A stretch of DNA of 64,000 nt from Gnetum montanum. Taxonomy: Eukaryota; Plantae; Gnetophyta. A program made the position numbers and the translations under genes. The stretch covers positions 154,472 to 218,471 of the forward strand of contig MNCI01001743.1 in the NCBI GenBank assembly GCA_015680685.1, in the 5' to 3' direction. Shown one piece after another: positions 1-12,910 of this stretch. The notes beneath the pieces are model-generated. The model was not told the origin of the DNA. It did not search any database and was given only the letters and a program-made list of their open reading frames with translations. Positions within the stretch are counted from its first letter, which is position 1. Each line of letters starts with the position of its first letter.

Positions 1-499
1 ATGAGCTACGACGCCCACATTGTGCCTTCCATCAGTTGTCGACAAACCCCTAGCAGGGTCGCTGCTTTTAGCCCGCGGGGGTCGCTGTTGCCCCCCCCCC
101 CAGTGGTTCGGTTGTGCTCCCCCTCCCCCCCTATGGTGGATGCCTTCCATTTCGTGGGTGCCTCCCATTTCGTGGGTGCCCCCTATGAGTCTCAAATTTT
201 AATGAGCGGGAGTCTCAAATTTTAATGAGCAGGAGTTTCAAATTTTTGAAGTTGGGACACTATTTATACATGTACTTGCATGCTCATTCCCTTGCCTTTG
301 CAGCTTCGGCTGCCTGGCCACATTGCCTAAACACACTGATGAGGGGTGAAAGTCCCCGAATACGTTTTGTGTCACAACAGACGTTGTGCAATGCTTTGAG
401 CTTCTATTACTTTCTGTTTTACAGTTTCTGCAGTATTTCGCTCAGCCTCCCCGTTCTTTTCCTTGATGCACGAGATCAAATCTCTAAAATTTCTAAAAG

Positions 500-633
500 T
501 CCTAAAATTTTAAGTCCAAAAATTTTAAGTCCAAAAATTTAAGTCCAAAATTTTAAGTCCTAAAATTTTAAGTCCAAAATTTTAAGTCCAAAAATTTTAA
601 ATCCTAAAATTTTAAGTCCAAAATTTTAAGACC
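500..633. repeat. Minisatellite, ~9 units of 14-15 bp (AAAATTTTAAGTCC[A/T])
   Basis: Directly visible tandem units; smaller tandem pairs also at 147-180 and 186-250. Confidence 0.9.
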
Positions 634-3600
634 GGATGGGCACCAAGGCCGGATGGGTGGCCAATTGAATCCTTCCGGGAATTTGCAGATATTCTAGGTA
701 GCAATATCCTAGACACTTTCAACAACATGCTTAAGTAGCATCAGGTCCGTAGGGAAATTAATTGCTCCCACATCATCCTGATCCCTAAAATTGAAGGACC
801 TTCAAAGGCTGCCCACTGCAGACCCATTAGGGTCTATAACACCCTCCTTAGACTATTCACTAAACTTCTGGTCCCGAGATTGAGGCCTTTGATGCCACAT
901 TTAGTCCATCATAATCAAACTGGGTTTGTGTGGGAGAGGCTACTTCAGGACTAGGTTATTTTGTTGCATGAAACTCTTCACTCGCTGCGTGTTCAGCGCT
1001 TCCCCAGACTTTGTCTTAAGTTGGATATAACAAAAGCTTATGACTATGTTAGTTAGGAGGCATTACGGGCTATCATGGTCAAGAAAGGTTTTAGTCAAGG
1101 ATTTCTTGACTTATGCCTGCAAATTCAATCTTCAGCCACTTATTCCATTGATCTTGATAGGCTGCTCTAGGGTTTCTCTTCGCCAAGGCAGGGTCTTCAA
1201 CAAGGTGACCCATTATCACCATATCTATTCATTATGGTGATGGATACCATGCAGGATTACTGTCGTGCGAAAGGGGTACAAGGATTACAAATCAACAAAG
1301 GTGGAGTATATGGCAAAGCACTACGCTGATGATACAATGTTTTATACTCAGGCGTCAGTGCTACAAGCGAGAGCGTTGGATTGAACGTTGTTGGAAATGG
1401 CAAGAGAAATTGGGCTAGAGGTGAATAGGGCAAAGTTGGTGCTTTACACTGTTCATACCAACTCCAAGGTTGAGGTGTGTATCACACAAACACTAGGGAT
1501 GTTGCCAAGTACTTATGGCAACCAATATTTAGGGTTCCCCATGTTTGAATGGGGTCAGAAAAAAACTTGGATCCATGTTCTCAAACATATCCAACTACAA
1601 ATCAAGCATTAGACCATGCATTTTTTAACATGAAAAGGGCAAATCCTATTGGCTATGTCTATGTTGCCTACTATTGCCAGATTTATGTTGTCGATTACTA
1701 CCCCCTGCCCTCGAGCTCAACAATAAAGTTGATCAAACAATTCAAAGCTTCATTTGGTTTGGGGGGAAAGGGGGGAGGCATATCCATCTGGTAAGATGGG
1801 ATACAATCGCACAAACGAGGAAGGTGGGTGATCTTGGGATTTCAAAATTTGCGGACCTGGTGATAGTGAGACAGCAATAACTGGTCCATCGCCTGACACG
1901 ACCTAACACACAGCTAGTTCCTTGGATATGGATTATCCATCAAAAATATCACCAGTGGACTGCTACTCCACATGATTCGAGGCTCTAGTGATCGATGTGC
2001 CAACATGTCCACTACATGATGCAACTAGGGTGGTCTAATGTTCAACCAAAAGACATCTTTTCGAGGCAATTCCCTGCAGTTCCCGAGTGGCAACAAGTGT
2101 AGCAAGGATGCCTACCAGACAAAATCAAAGCATTCTTATGGCTTATTAATCATGTAGTGATGCTAGTTAGGGTGGAGTTAAGACGGCACAAATTACAAAT
2201 TCAGGACACTTGTCCAACATGTGGGTAGGCGACAGAAACTTGGTGACACTTGGCATTTGAATGCACGTTCAGTACTACAATGTGGTGAAGTGCCAGGATT
2301 AGACCATCGATTATTTTAAGCAAAGATTCTACAGCAACTGCTATTCTCTAGTGCTTGTGAAAGGTAGGTAACCCACTAGTTTTTGGGCAGGTGCCACTTC
2401 CATTGCTAGCACAAGCGGCTGCTAAAGGCACTAGGCTGTGGAGGGAAGTTGTGGCCACAATGGGAATGATGCCAACATTCAAGCCACATTGCCACCATTT
2501 TCAAGAAAACATGGAGTTGTGGTACCTAGTGCAATCGGTTGGCTAGGCAAGATTTTTGCCGCATTTGCTTGAGGATCCCACCCTGCCAAATGGCAAGTTC
2601 TTTGCCAACTAGCAAGGTAATTGCACAACATTTTGGGGGATTATGATCAAATTGTCTGAAGAGGCGTTGGCTAGGGCTCTAGAAGGGCAATTGACTAGTC
2701 AGTGTGTGGACCCAACGATGCGTGGGCTTCAGGAAGCTTAGCATTTCTTTCTAGGTCCATACCCTACAACAGTTAGCGAGCAAATTCCTAAGTCTGCTTT
2801 GCCACCATTGTGGTAGCTGGCAATTGAGCTTGTTGAAAGGTTTTTCGTGCAAACGGGTAATGTTTCGAAACTCCAAGGAGTCCATTTTGTGCTCTTTAAG
2901 TGTCTCAAAATGGGACAGACAGTGAATACTCTTGGATTTTTCCTTGTGTCATTGCGTCGAAGGCAACCCAAGAGACACTCGAGGCTTATCCTGGCTCTAT
3001 GGTGTGTGGCCCATCTTACACCCGTGATGCAGGAAATGAAACCAGCAAGTATGATGACCTACCATACAATTTACTAGAGATGCAAACTACTGCCAACTAC
3101 CCAACAGATGGAGGTTCCTAAAGGATCTATTGTCATGGCCCTTATGGCTACCAAGCAGCTTAGGCAAACCAATGATGCGCCACAAGACATGCCGCCACAC
3201 GTGGATTTGACTATTGTGAGGGCACAAGCCAAGGTGGAGAAAGAGGAGGCCACTAGTGAAGTGAGAACAAATGAGCATCGGGTTTGGGAGGCCAAATGGG
3301 AAGCTAGTGAGGTCACATTTCAACGGGAACTAGGGAACTACCCATACATGCGCATGCACATTAACCGTAATGTGACCTAGTCGAATCTAAGATGGCATAT
3401 TAGGCTTGCTTCCGCAAAGTTGCACCCTGATGGAAAAGGCTCTGAAGAAGAACAAGTGAGGAAGGCCAAGGCCTTTAAATCTTTTCAACAGGCGGTGGCT
3501 TTTGTGGACTCACAGGAACTCCACATGCAGATGGACATGCTACATGCTCAACTCCAGCCATATTGCCATTACACTCACCTTCCCCACCATCCCCACAATT

Positions 3601-3966
3601 TAGAGGATGAATGATTGTTTGCAACTGTTCGGCCCCCCTGGATGGGGGGTCTTTGCTTGTTTGTTTCTTTTGTTTTGGTTGCCTATGTTGATGGGAAGTC
3701 ATTTTGGCTGATGTCAACACTCGGTACACCAGTTGGTGTTGGCTTGGTGGGACATTGTTTGGTGCTTTAACATTTTAATGGTGTTTAATGTTTTAATGTT
3801 TGTTAGTCGTTGGAGTTAGGGTGGTCTTGGTTAACCCCATTTTGTTGGGGAGGACAGTGCTCCTCCCAGGTCTATGTTTTGTCTCGTTGATCAGGGTGTC
3901 TTCCCTAATTTTGTACATAATCTTCTTTGTTTTTTAATACAATCCTAAAAATTTGCTCAAAAAAAT
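632..3966 (+). mobile_element. 5'-truncated degenerate L1-clade LINE (copy 1): RT - zf-RVT - accessory domain - coiled coil - J-domain - 3'UTR - poly(A)
   Basis: APRPDGWP (~640), KLDITKAYD (~1018), QGDPLSPYLF (1201), YADD (1322), zf-RVT CPTC..H...C (~2210-2265), HPD 3423-3431, stop 3614, A-tail ~3959-3966. No TSD identified. Confidence 0.9.
3333..3614 (+). pseudogene. DnaJ J-domain plus short tail at the C-terminus of LINE ORF2 (copy 1)
   Basis: NYPYMRMHINRNVT*SNLRWHIRLASAKLHPDGKGSEEEQVRKAKAFKSFQQAVAFV; same reading frame as zf-RVT (2088) and the accessory domain (2460-3000), broken only by point stops. Confidence 0.8.
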
Positions 3967-4290
3967 ATAACATTACATTAAGCATGAACATCAACATAAT
4001 TTCATTATTTATACTCCCCTATACATTACAATAGGTTTTAGATGTAAGCTACACTGCAGGTTGTTTCTTTGTGTTACATAGCAATATTCAATATTCACCA
4101 TCAACTAAAACAAATGAGTTAAAATATGTCTAAAATCAACTACTTAAGTGATACAAAATAAGTTGAAGAATGCATTGTTGAGCTTCCTAAGAATGTGTTT
4201 CTCCTTGAAAGAAAAATGTGCACTCAAAGTGCTAAAAACCTTTAAACTACTAATGACACATCCAAAATGATGTATGCTCATTTCTTCTAC

Positions 4291-5585
4291 TTTTATTTTT
4301 TAAGAAGAATTTGGGGTTTGTATTAGAAACAGTTTGCAATGGCGCATGTACAAGAGTAGATAATTAAAAGGGGAGAAGAACCCCTTCCAATAGTGATATA
4401 CATGGGGGTGAGAACTCCCTTAACACTATCAAGGGCAATATACACCCCAGACCAACAAAACAAGAACAATCCTCAAGTCAGAAGACCCCCAAGAGCAAGA
4501 ATCAAAACCAAAATGTCTATGAAGTGTCCCTCTCCAACACAAAATGGGGACAAAATGGAGATAGAGGCAAACCCAGTAATCATATGCAATGGCCCTAGAA
4601 CCCAAAAAGAACCCCTAGTCAAAAGAAAACAGCAAAACATCCCCCACATCCAGCCCAAGCCACGTTAAAGTTGTCTTGCTAGTCATGTGCAGGTGCAACG
4701 GGCCCTTTCCTATGCATGAATAGCATGCAGCATTACCCAATGATACTCAATCGTGATGAATGTAGCTACCTGCAAGAATTCTTTATACTTTTCTTTGCTT
4801 TTCATGAGCTCCCCCAAATTGCCAGCCCCATCAAGATGAAATTTGGCCACATTTCTTCTAATGTATTGGTGCAAAGCATGCCACATGGCGTTTCGATTAA
4901 CATTCATGATAACATATGTGCAACGACCCATCTACAGCCAACAACAGGCATTGGCCTCATGTGCCTCATTCTGGCTTTTCCTCATTTGTTCTAATTCTTC
5001 CATGTCTCAAACCCATTGCTCCTATGCTTCTACAACCCTCCTCTAGTGTTCTTCTTCTAGACGAAACTCCTCTTTCATCTGCTTGCACAAAGCATCTTCC
5101 ATCTCACATCTTATAGCCGCCTCCCTTAGGTCCCTCTAGTGTTGTTCCTCCTTGGCAAACTTTGTACAGTGTTGGTCCTCTAGCTTAGCCTAGCATCTAT
5201 GATCATATTCCTACTCCTACCATTCTCCTTCCCAAGCAACTCTTTCCTCTGCATGGATCCAAGCAGCCATCTCTTCAGTGGCCCTAGCCAAGTTAGCCTC
5301 AAACTTGGCTTGCAATTCTCTACGGATATCTTTAGTATGCTACTGGCCCATCTTGTACAAGTTGGGTGATGGATTTGTAACCGATTCCAGCCAGTCAAAC
5401 ACAAAGCCCTTCCTGCCCACTCCTAGAGCCCCAGGCGCAGCTGGTGCTGAAGAGGAGGCAGCCCACTCCGCAGCCTGGTGCCACCTATACACCACTATAA
5501 AAGGTGATGGACAACAAGGAGGTGGATCCAACGGCTGAGCCACCCTCCACAATGCTAGAATCAGCCCCAAATGATGACCTTGACA
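4291..5585 (-). mobile_element. 5'-truncated LINE 3' end (copy 2): end of accessory domain, coiled coil, J-domain, 3'UTR, poly(A)
   Basis: GHHLGLILALWR (~5580-5545); Glu/Arg-rich coiled coil 5330-4960; J-like GRCTYVIMNVNRNAMWHALHQYIRRNVAKFHLDG..KYKEFLQVATFI (4931-4710); T-tract at 4291-4301. Confidence 0.85.
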
Positions 5586-5696
5586 AATTTTGTAGCTGTC
5601 TTAAGTTACAAATTTTGTTATTCAAATGGTGGTTTAATGTTTAAAGAAATCTTTAATGTTAAAAAGTGTCAATTTATAATTGGTGTTTTTAATGAT

Positions 5697-5845
5697 TCTG
5701 GAATCATCCAAAATTGCACAGAATCATCTAGAATCATGATTCCAAACTAGATTGCAATCTGGAATTGCCTAAAATCATCCTAAATCGTGATTCCAAACTA
5801 GATCATGATCTAGAATAGATCCAGATCGCAATCTCAATTTGATCT
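5697..5845. repeat. Degenerate short tandem repeats (GAATCATCC/GATTCCAAACTAGAT), possibly a DNA-transposon subterminal remnant
   Basis: Repeated motifs visible by eye; origin uncertain. Confidence 0.4.
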
Positions 5846-6787
5846 TCATAAGTATGACCACTGCCTTCTGCATTAAATCCTTAATATTTTATTCATAATT
5901 GTTCTACAATTCTTCAATGCGCAGCTTCACGAACTTAATTTTCTTACAACCATTACCAAGATTATACTGCAAGCTACTATCTACCACCACCTTAGGCTCC
6001 TAATCCCTGGTCCATGGGCAGCCATCTGACACTGCCCCACACACCTACACCTGACCCTTACTCTCTTACATCCCAGCACTTACGAACCTACGGGAATTGA
6101 GTTGCACCCATTTACCTAAGTAGTCATCATGTAAATCATGCAAATGTTTTCATGTGTTTCTTCAGATTTTCACTCATTTCAGCATGTATTTTCAGCAGTT
6201 TTCTAACCAGTAAATTTTTCCGAGTTAATTATTAGCCTAGTTTTATGTGCAAAAAAATAGTTTTGTCAATCATGTCCACATTTTTACATCAGTCAATGGA
6301 TATCATGCATTACATCATTTGTTCTGCACAAGTGGACTATTGCTAACGAGGACAGATGATTAATGCTATCACCAGTGTTTATCAGTAATTTTTACAAGAT
6401 CATGCATTCAACATCACATTAAGACATTATCGTTTCTTAAATTTAATAAATGAAAGCATGATGTAACACGAACTGCAAGTTAAGAAGTGGAAATTGGCCA
6501 GTAGAAAACGTTAATTTTGTGTAAACATCCTTCTTTATTACATGAGAAATAAGATGATATGCTAGGTATGCTAAACGTTACATAGATCAGACAGTATTAC
6601 CGTGCTTAGTGTCTCTCATGCATTATACAAGTTTGCAAACATCAATTACGTATATGACATGAAAAGTCAAAACCATATTTCATCAGGACTGATGTTTTTC
6701 ACAAACATTAACTGACAATTTCAATATAGTCAATTGAAAAAGGGCTTAACCACTGAAATTAGCAATTGGAAATGATGAAATAATCAC

Positions 6788-6833
6788 CTTTTCCCAAGAT
6801 GACCTCCTTTTCTATTCTCCACCTAAATCCAAT
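6788..6833 (-). CDS. FRA10AC1: FRA10AC1 coding exon 6 (IGFRWRIEKEVILGK); later exons not found in window
   Basis: Poly-T plus CAG acceptor, GTGA donor; IGxRWRxEKEVxxGKG motif. The expected next exon (GQFxCGNK) was not seen in 1-6787, so it probably lies left of the window. Confidence 0.92.
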
Positions 6834-6971
6834 CTGAAAAAAAATAGAAATACCTTTTCACTTTGGGAAAAAAATAAGTTGTGACTACTAAAGTTAACAA
6901 CATCAACCAGAAAAGTAAACAAAGATAACATTAAATCAAAAGGAACATGAAGGAAGGACAACAAAGGAGAA

Positions 6972-8382
6972 ATGTTGGGCTGGAAACCAGGAGAGAGCAG
7001 GGGTTCGGGCAGTTCTAGGAAGTGCGGTGCGGATAGGGCGGGAGCAAGCGGCACCAGCAACACAGTTGAGGGCCAGGAGGAGGTAGGACTAGGTGAGGGA
7101 TCAGGAGCAAGGTTGGGCATAAATTATGGCATAGGGTCTGGTGAGGCTTCTGGTGCAGGGTCAGATTTGGGCTTTGGCAAGGTCAGTGGTGGGTATGGGG
7201 GTAGGGCTGCATGAGGCGTTCCACACCCTGCAAACACCCCCCCTCCCCCGCAGCCCCCACATGGTGCCCCGGGGCATGGTATTGAGGCTTGTATCCACTG
7301 TGAGGGTTCGATGCAGCTGAAAGTTAAAGCCCTCCCCAATGAGGGGCTGAAGACAATGAGTTAAGCCTGATTGGGAATACGTCTTGGCCAGCACCAGTCC
7401 CAAGCTAGATTTGGTTAAACAATGGATGGTCATGCATTGGGGGTTTTGCCCAATGGAGGTCCAGGGGACCTCTTATTGTTTGTTTTTCAATCTGTGTTAA
7501 ACCAAGATAAAGTTCTCCTAGGCGAGCCTTGGTTTTTTGGGGCCAAGGGCCTAGCCCTTGCACACTAGCACCCTAGTGCCCACAAAGAGCCAGATCTCTT
7601 TTCTAGGGCACTTGTGTGGATACGTGTCTTTGAGATCCCATGGGAGCTATGGATGACAGACTTTCTTAGGACATTGGCAGGGTTTTTTGGAGAGTTTATC
7701 ACCTTCGATTGTTTCACTTGCTCCATGGAAAGAATAGGCTATGCTTGCTTTTGCATGTGGCAATCGCTATCATTGTGAAATCTAACCAAGAGGTGGTCCT
7801 CGACCTTTTGACCAACGAGGAGAAAGTTCAAGTGGAATATGATAATGTTGTGACTGACAAACCTACAGTGACGAAACCCACATAAGCTAAGCATTATAGT
7901 GTCTACTACAAGGCTGGCCACTTGATGGCTGATTGTCGAGTGAAGCCAAAGGCCCCAAGCCCAAAGAAAACTGGAAATGGTTGGACAATTTGTACCAGGC
8001 AGGAGGGGGGGACAGGCTCAAGGTCAAAGACAAGGAGTGGATCCCTCAATGCCGCCTACCCTAGTGAAGGTTCCCCAAGGGGACTTGGGGAAGGATCTGT
8101 CAAGTTCCCTAGTACGAGTGGACCACAATCCCTAAGAGGTTGGGAATACCGCTTGGTGGATGGGTCTTCATCATGAGGGGGAGCACAATGCCATCCATGT
8201 TAGAGGTTACTGGGGGATGTGCCGATTCAAAAGGGGGATTTCCAATCTCGCCTAATTTTGGCAAGGTTGGGAGGCCATTGGGCCCTATGTCCCAAACAAA
8301 GAAGACATAGATGGAGACTAACCTGGGGGTCCAAACAACCCTCAGGGAGGTTTACAAAAAGCATTAAACTAGCAAAACATGA
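6972..8382 (+). pseudogene. LINE ORF1 (Gly-rich N-terminus, DUF4283-like, zinc knuckle), disrupted
   Basis: Plant L1 ORF1 motifs across frameshifts; ends ..VQTTLREVYKK.TSKT-TGA overlapping the ORF2 ATG. Confidence 0.75.
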
Positions 8383-11300
8383 GGACCCTCTCATGGAACT
8401 GCAAGGTGCAAGGTACTCCCTACAAAAGAAATACCCTCAAAGATTTAGTGTGTAGGGAACGCTGTGATGTAGTTTGCTTGCAAGAGACAAAGCTACTGCA
8501 ACAAGAATGTCACTGGTTATGCTAGCCCGGTTGGTAGAAGCAGTTTGTGGCCTGTCAAGGGATGGAAAGAGGCCTAGCCTCTTTGACATTGGCCTTTTGA
8601 GACCGTGCACATGTCCACATGGAGTATTACCATTCGCTTCCAACAAACCAGCATCTAGCTTACAAATTTCTACAACACCCAAAGATGGGAGGAGTAGCTG
8701 AGGGAAATGCAAAGGATTGCCCCCTGATCCTGGATAGGAGGCAATGGATTCTGGTAGGGGATTTCAACCAAAGATTGTATGCATGGGAGAAGTCAAATGG
8801 GTGGACCCAAGAGCCTCGTGGTGGTCTGCCATTCCTACAGTTTCTGGTGTCTCATGATCTAGTTGATATGGATATCAAAGATTGCTAGTTCAAGTGCAGC
8901 AACCGCAAAAAAGGTAGGGACCGAGTCATGACAAAGATTGATAGGGTGTGGGTCAACTCAGATATTCTGTTGAATCAGGGGATGAATGTTCATGGGAAAG
9001 AACAACTAGCTTTTGATCATAGGTCAATTCTATGCCAAGTGGGAACTCTGGTTTCGAGGGGGCCTACATCATTTCGTTTCGAATGATTTTGGCTTACTAA
9101 GTCATGGCTGCACCCAATGGTGGAAAGGATCTAAAGGAACTACTCGTCGCGGGTTGACACCAAGGAGTTTCTCAAGAGGGGGTTACACTTGCTAGGGTAG
9201 GAGATAAAGGCATCAAAGGTGGAGGAGAGGTTCTCTTTCTGATCCAACCGGGGGACGTTGCTACAACATCTGGCAGTGATTCAATTGGACTAGGAATTGG
9301 TTAGGGGTTGGATGACGCAGAAGGTGAGGTGCTAACAAAGCTTTAGAACCTGAACACTAAGGAGGAAGCTAAATGGAGGCAGCATAGGCATGCGCATTGG
9401 CTTAAGGAGGGGGATAGGAATACTTGTTTTTTCTTCGCAGCAACTAACTTGATGTGTCTCTCCAAAAAGATTCATAGTCTTGCTTTCTAGGGGAAATACA
9501 ATGGTTGGGAGGCAGGAGATCACCCAAGCCATTATGGAGTACTAGTCCAACATTTGGCAACGGAAGGAGACCATGCCTCTATCAATTCACATTGAAAAGA
9601 TTATGGATGAGGAGAACAACCAATGGTTACTAGAACCATTCACTCGAGAGGAGCAGGATGGGGCTCTTGCATCAATGAAAGTTGGGAAGGCGCCTGGGCC
9701 TAACAATTGGCCTATGGAATTCTTTAGAGCTTTCATTGATGTTCTAGGGGATAATCTATTGGATGCCTTCAACGCAATGCTAAGTTGGCAACAAGTCCGG
9801 AGGGAGATAAACTATTCCCAGCTCGTCCTTATTCCTAATACGGCTAACCCCATGGATCCTTCTCAATTCAAGCCTATTGGGGTGTGTAACACTCTCCTTT
9901 GCCTCTTTGCTAAGCTCTTAGTTGCTCGGCTAGGGCCTCTGATGTTGTGCTTAGTGGGACCGCAACAGGCAAGTTTTGTTAAAGGCAGGTTCATTCAGGA
10001 CCAAGTTATCTAGGTGCAAGAAGTGTTGCATTCACTAAGGGCAACCAATTACCTAGGCATGTGTCTTGAACTAGATATTACTAAAGCCTATGACACGGTG
10101 TCCTAGCACTCTCTCAAAGAAATCATGTTGCAAAAAGGCTTTCACCCACACTTTGTAGATTTATGCATACACATCCAAACGTTGGGGGCTTTTTCTTTGG
10201 ATCTGGAGGGGAAACTATGCAATTTTCATCCCCTGCCAGGGGGTTAAGACAAGGGGACCACCTTTCTCCATATCTCTTTATTTTTGTGATGGACACCCTA
10301 CAAACTTATTGTATGTTAGAGGGGGTTAGAGACTTGCATATTGCCTAAGTCAGTTGCCTGGTAGAGCACTACGCTGATGATACCAATTTATTCTCTTGGG
10401 TTGTTGTGTCCCAAGCACTAGCGATAAATAGGATGCTGCAACAAATGGCAAAGGAGATTGGCCTAGAAATTAATAGGGGTAAGGTTGCAGTGCACCTAGC
10501 CAACACGAATGCCCAAGTGAAGAGTCAAATTGTGCAACTTCTGGGGGTCTTGCTCGGCTTCACGAGGGACACTTACCTTGGGCTGCCTCTTTGCGATTGG
10601 CATCGAAGGCATGCATAGGTTGGCCTTCTTCAGAGCCTGCAGATATGGATTGGCCATTGGACAACTAAGTTCCTGACTCGGGTTGAGAAGTCACTATTAG
10701 CAACGTTTGTGCTTTCGATATGACTCATTATATAGCTTCCGTGGCCTCCGCCTTGCTAATATCATTCAAAAGGTTGATCAACTGATAAGGAATTTTACTT
10801 GGTCAAGGGGTAAAAGGGAAGATCGCATGCATCTTGTTAACTAGGATACAAGAAGCTGGGAGTCTTGGTATCATCCAATTCCATGATATTATTGCTATGG
10901 GGTATCAAGGCCTCCTTAATAGGTTGTTGAGGTAGGGCAACGGTGCCGCTCAATGGATTATAATCATGAACAACAAGTATAGACAATGGGAGGAGCTTGC
11001 ATGGGACTCTCATATCTAGCATGCCCTTTGTAGGCACGCACGGGTGGCTATGGACTCCAGGCTAGCAAGTGTGCCTCTCCAACAACTTATTAAGTCCAAA
11101 TATCTAGCGGTTAGGGGATGGCAAGGGATATGGAAGGGCCAAGTGCCAAAGAAAATAAAAACATTTATTTGGCCGGCAAATCATTTGGCCATTCCGCTTC
11201 AGGCAATTCTAAGATAGCAAGGGGTGAACGTGGCAGACATGTGTCCCCTTTGCATGGCTACGTCTGAAATGGTTGCTCACTTCATTTATTACTGCATGTT

Positions 11301-12910
11301 CACTATCAGTGTTTGGTGGGCTGCGAATGTTCAACCCTTGTTGAAGTTTGATGAAAATTCCAAAGTTGCAACAGTGTTGTTGTCCATCTAAAAAGCGTGC
11401 AATCACTAGGTTTTTGGCAGTGTGTTGTTGCACCACCGACACAGATTGTCACTATGGGTACCAACTTTGGCGGGAGGTGCATTCAATGATGGGGGTTACC
11501 CCCACTTTTGAGCCAACATGTGTGGGCTACAAGAAAACTTAGTCTTGTGGAATATGGTCTCGCGAGTGGGGTGGGCTGACCTCCAAACCATGCTCTAGGG
11601 GGAGCCAAACCTAGAGAATAGTCAGTTCTACACAAACTAGCACGAGGACTACACACTATTTTGGGGGGATGCAGATTGGGTTGACGAAGGAGCTGATTGT
11701 GGAGTATTTGGGGGTGTTGGCGAGACGTGAAATGGTCCTACCCAAGGGTCGTGGCCTCCAAGATGTTGAAGATTTTTTTTAGACTAGTGCCCAAAATAAG
11801 AAGCAGATAAGTTCCCAAGTCAGCACTCCAACCAATATGGCAAGACGCCACCAAGCTAGTGGATAGGTTTTTTGTGCACTCTAGCAACGTCAGAAAGTTG
11901 CAAGGCATGCACTTTAGTTTCTTCAGGAGCCGAAGGAGGGGGTATGTAGTCAACCTGTCACTTTTCACTCTCGCAATGCTACGGTGTCAAAGGCAACCAA
12001 GATGATTCTGGCTCTGTGGCGGGCATCTTGGCCTCCCATCCCCCCACAGCTGAGGGGCACTCCGTTTCAGGCTATTTATGGGTGAAGGTGGTCACAATGC
12101 GCTCCGCTAGTGTTGGTGGACCTAACAAAGGAACCTGAAGAGCAAGAGGCTCGATCGAGGTCTTTGGAGTCACATGCCGAGGAGGGTTCCAGGATGGTTG
12201 CAATGGAGGTGCATGTTGGGCCTATGGAGCTACATGTTGGGAAGAGCTCAGGGGTGATGTCACCTAGGATCATTGATGATTCTGCGCTCCCAGATCTTGA
12301 AGCATTGCTAACTAAGGCAATGAAGGAGGCAACTACATAGGCCCAGGTGGAGGAGAGAGCCATCTAGGAGGCCAAGGGGTAGACAAGGGAGGAAGAGTTC
12401 CAACAACAGTTGGAACAAACCGAGCGACTCCATGCTAAAGAGTTTAAGGAGGAGAGAAGGCATCAAGATGTGGCTGAAGTGATGACACTAAATGAGATAG
12501 AGGTTGCGCTCCGGCATTGAATTCGAAAGTAGCTCTAGGAAGAGGTGCGACAGTAGGAGGCCTAGGAGAGGAAGGACCAAGAGGCGTTGGAGGCAGCTCA
12601 AATCTAGCAGCAGCAAGATCAAGCACATGAGCATAATGCTCCTTCCTAGCTCATTAACATCGGCCAAAATACGTCATGGAAGGCGCTACAATGGTACATT
12701 CACCGTGGGGGGGGGGAAGCTACACCCGAATGGAAGGGGGGGTGCGGAGGAGTGCACAAGGAAAGCGGAGGCATTTAAGGAATTTCAACAAGCCACTACT
12801 TTTCTGGATACTGAGAGGCACCGGATTGTGCTCAACACTATCCATAGCCAAGAGCGGGCAATCTACTATTGCACAGGCCTTCCTTGCCATATATTGGCTA
12901 TGGGCCTAAG
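8379..12910 (+). pseudogene. LINE ORF2: APE endonuclease - RT - zf-RVT - accessory domain - coiled coil - J-domain, disrupted
   Basis: Ordered motifs as in the element entry; J-region GGKLHPNGRGGAEECTRKAEAFKEFQQATTFL (HPN 12723-12731, CCG-AAT, plausibly from CCG-GAT). Confidence 0.85.

Noticed and set aside
500-633. CRISPR-like or telomeric array
   Set aside because: No spacers, eukaryotic context, and the unit is not TTTAGGG; it is a simple minisatellite.
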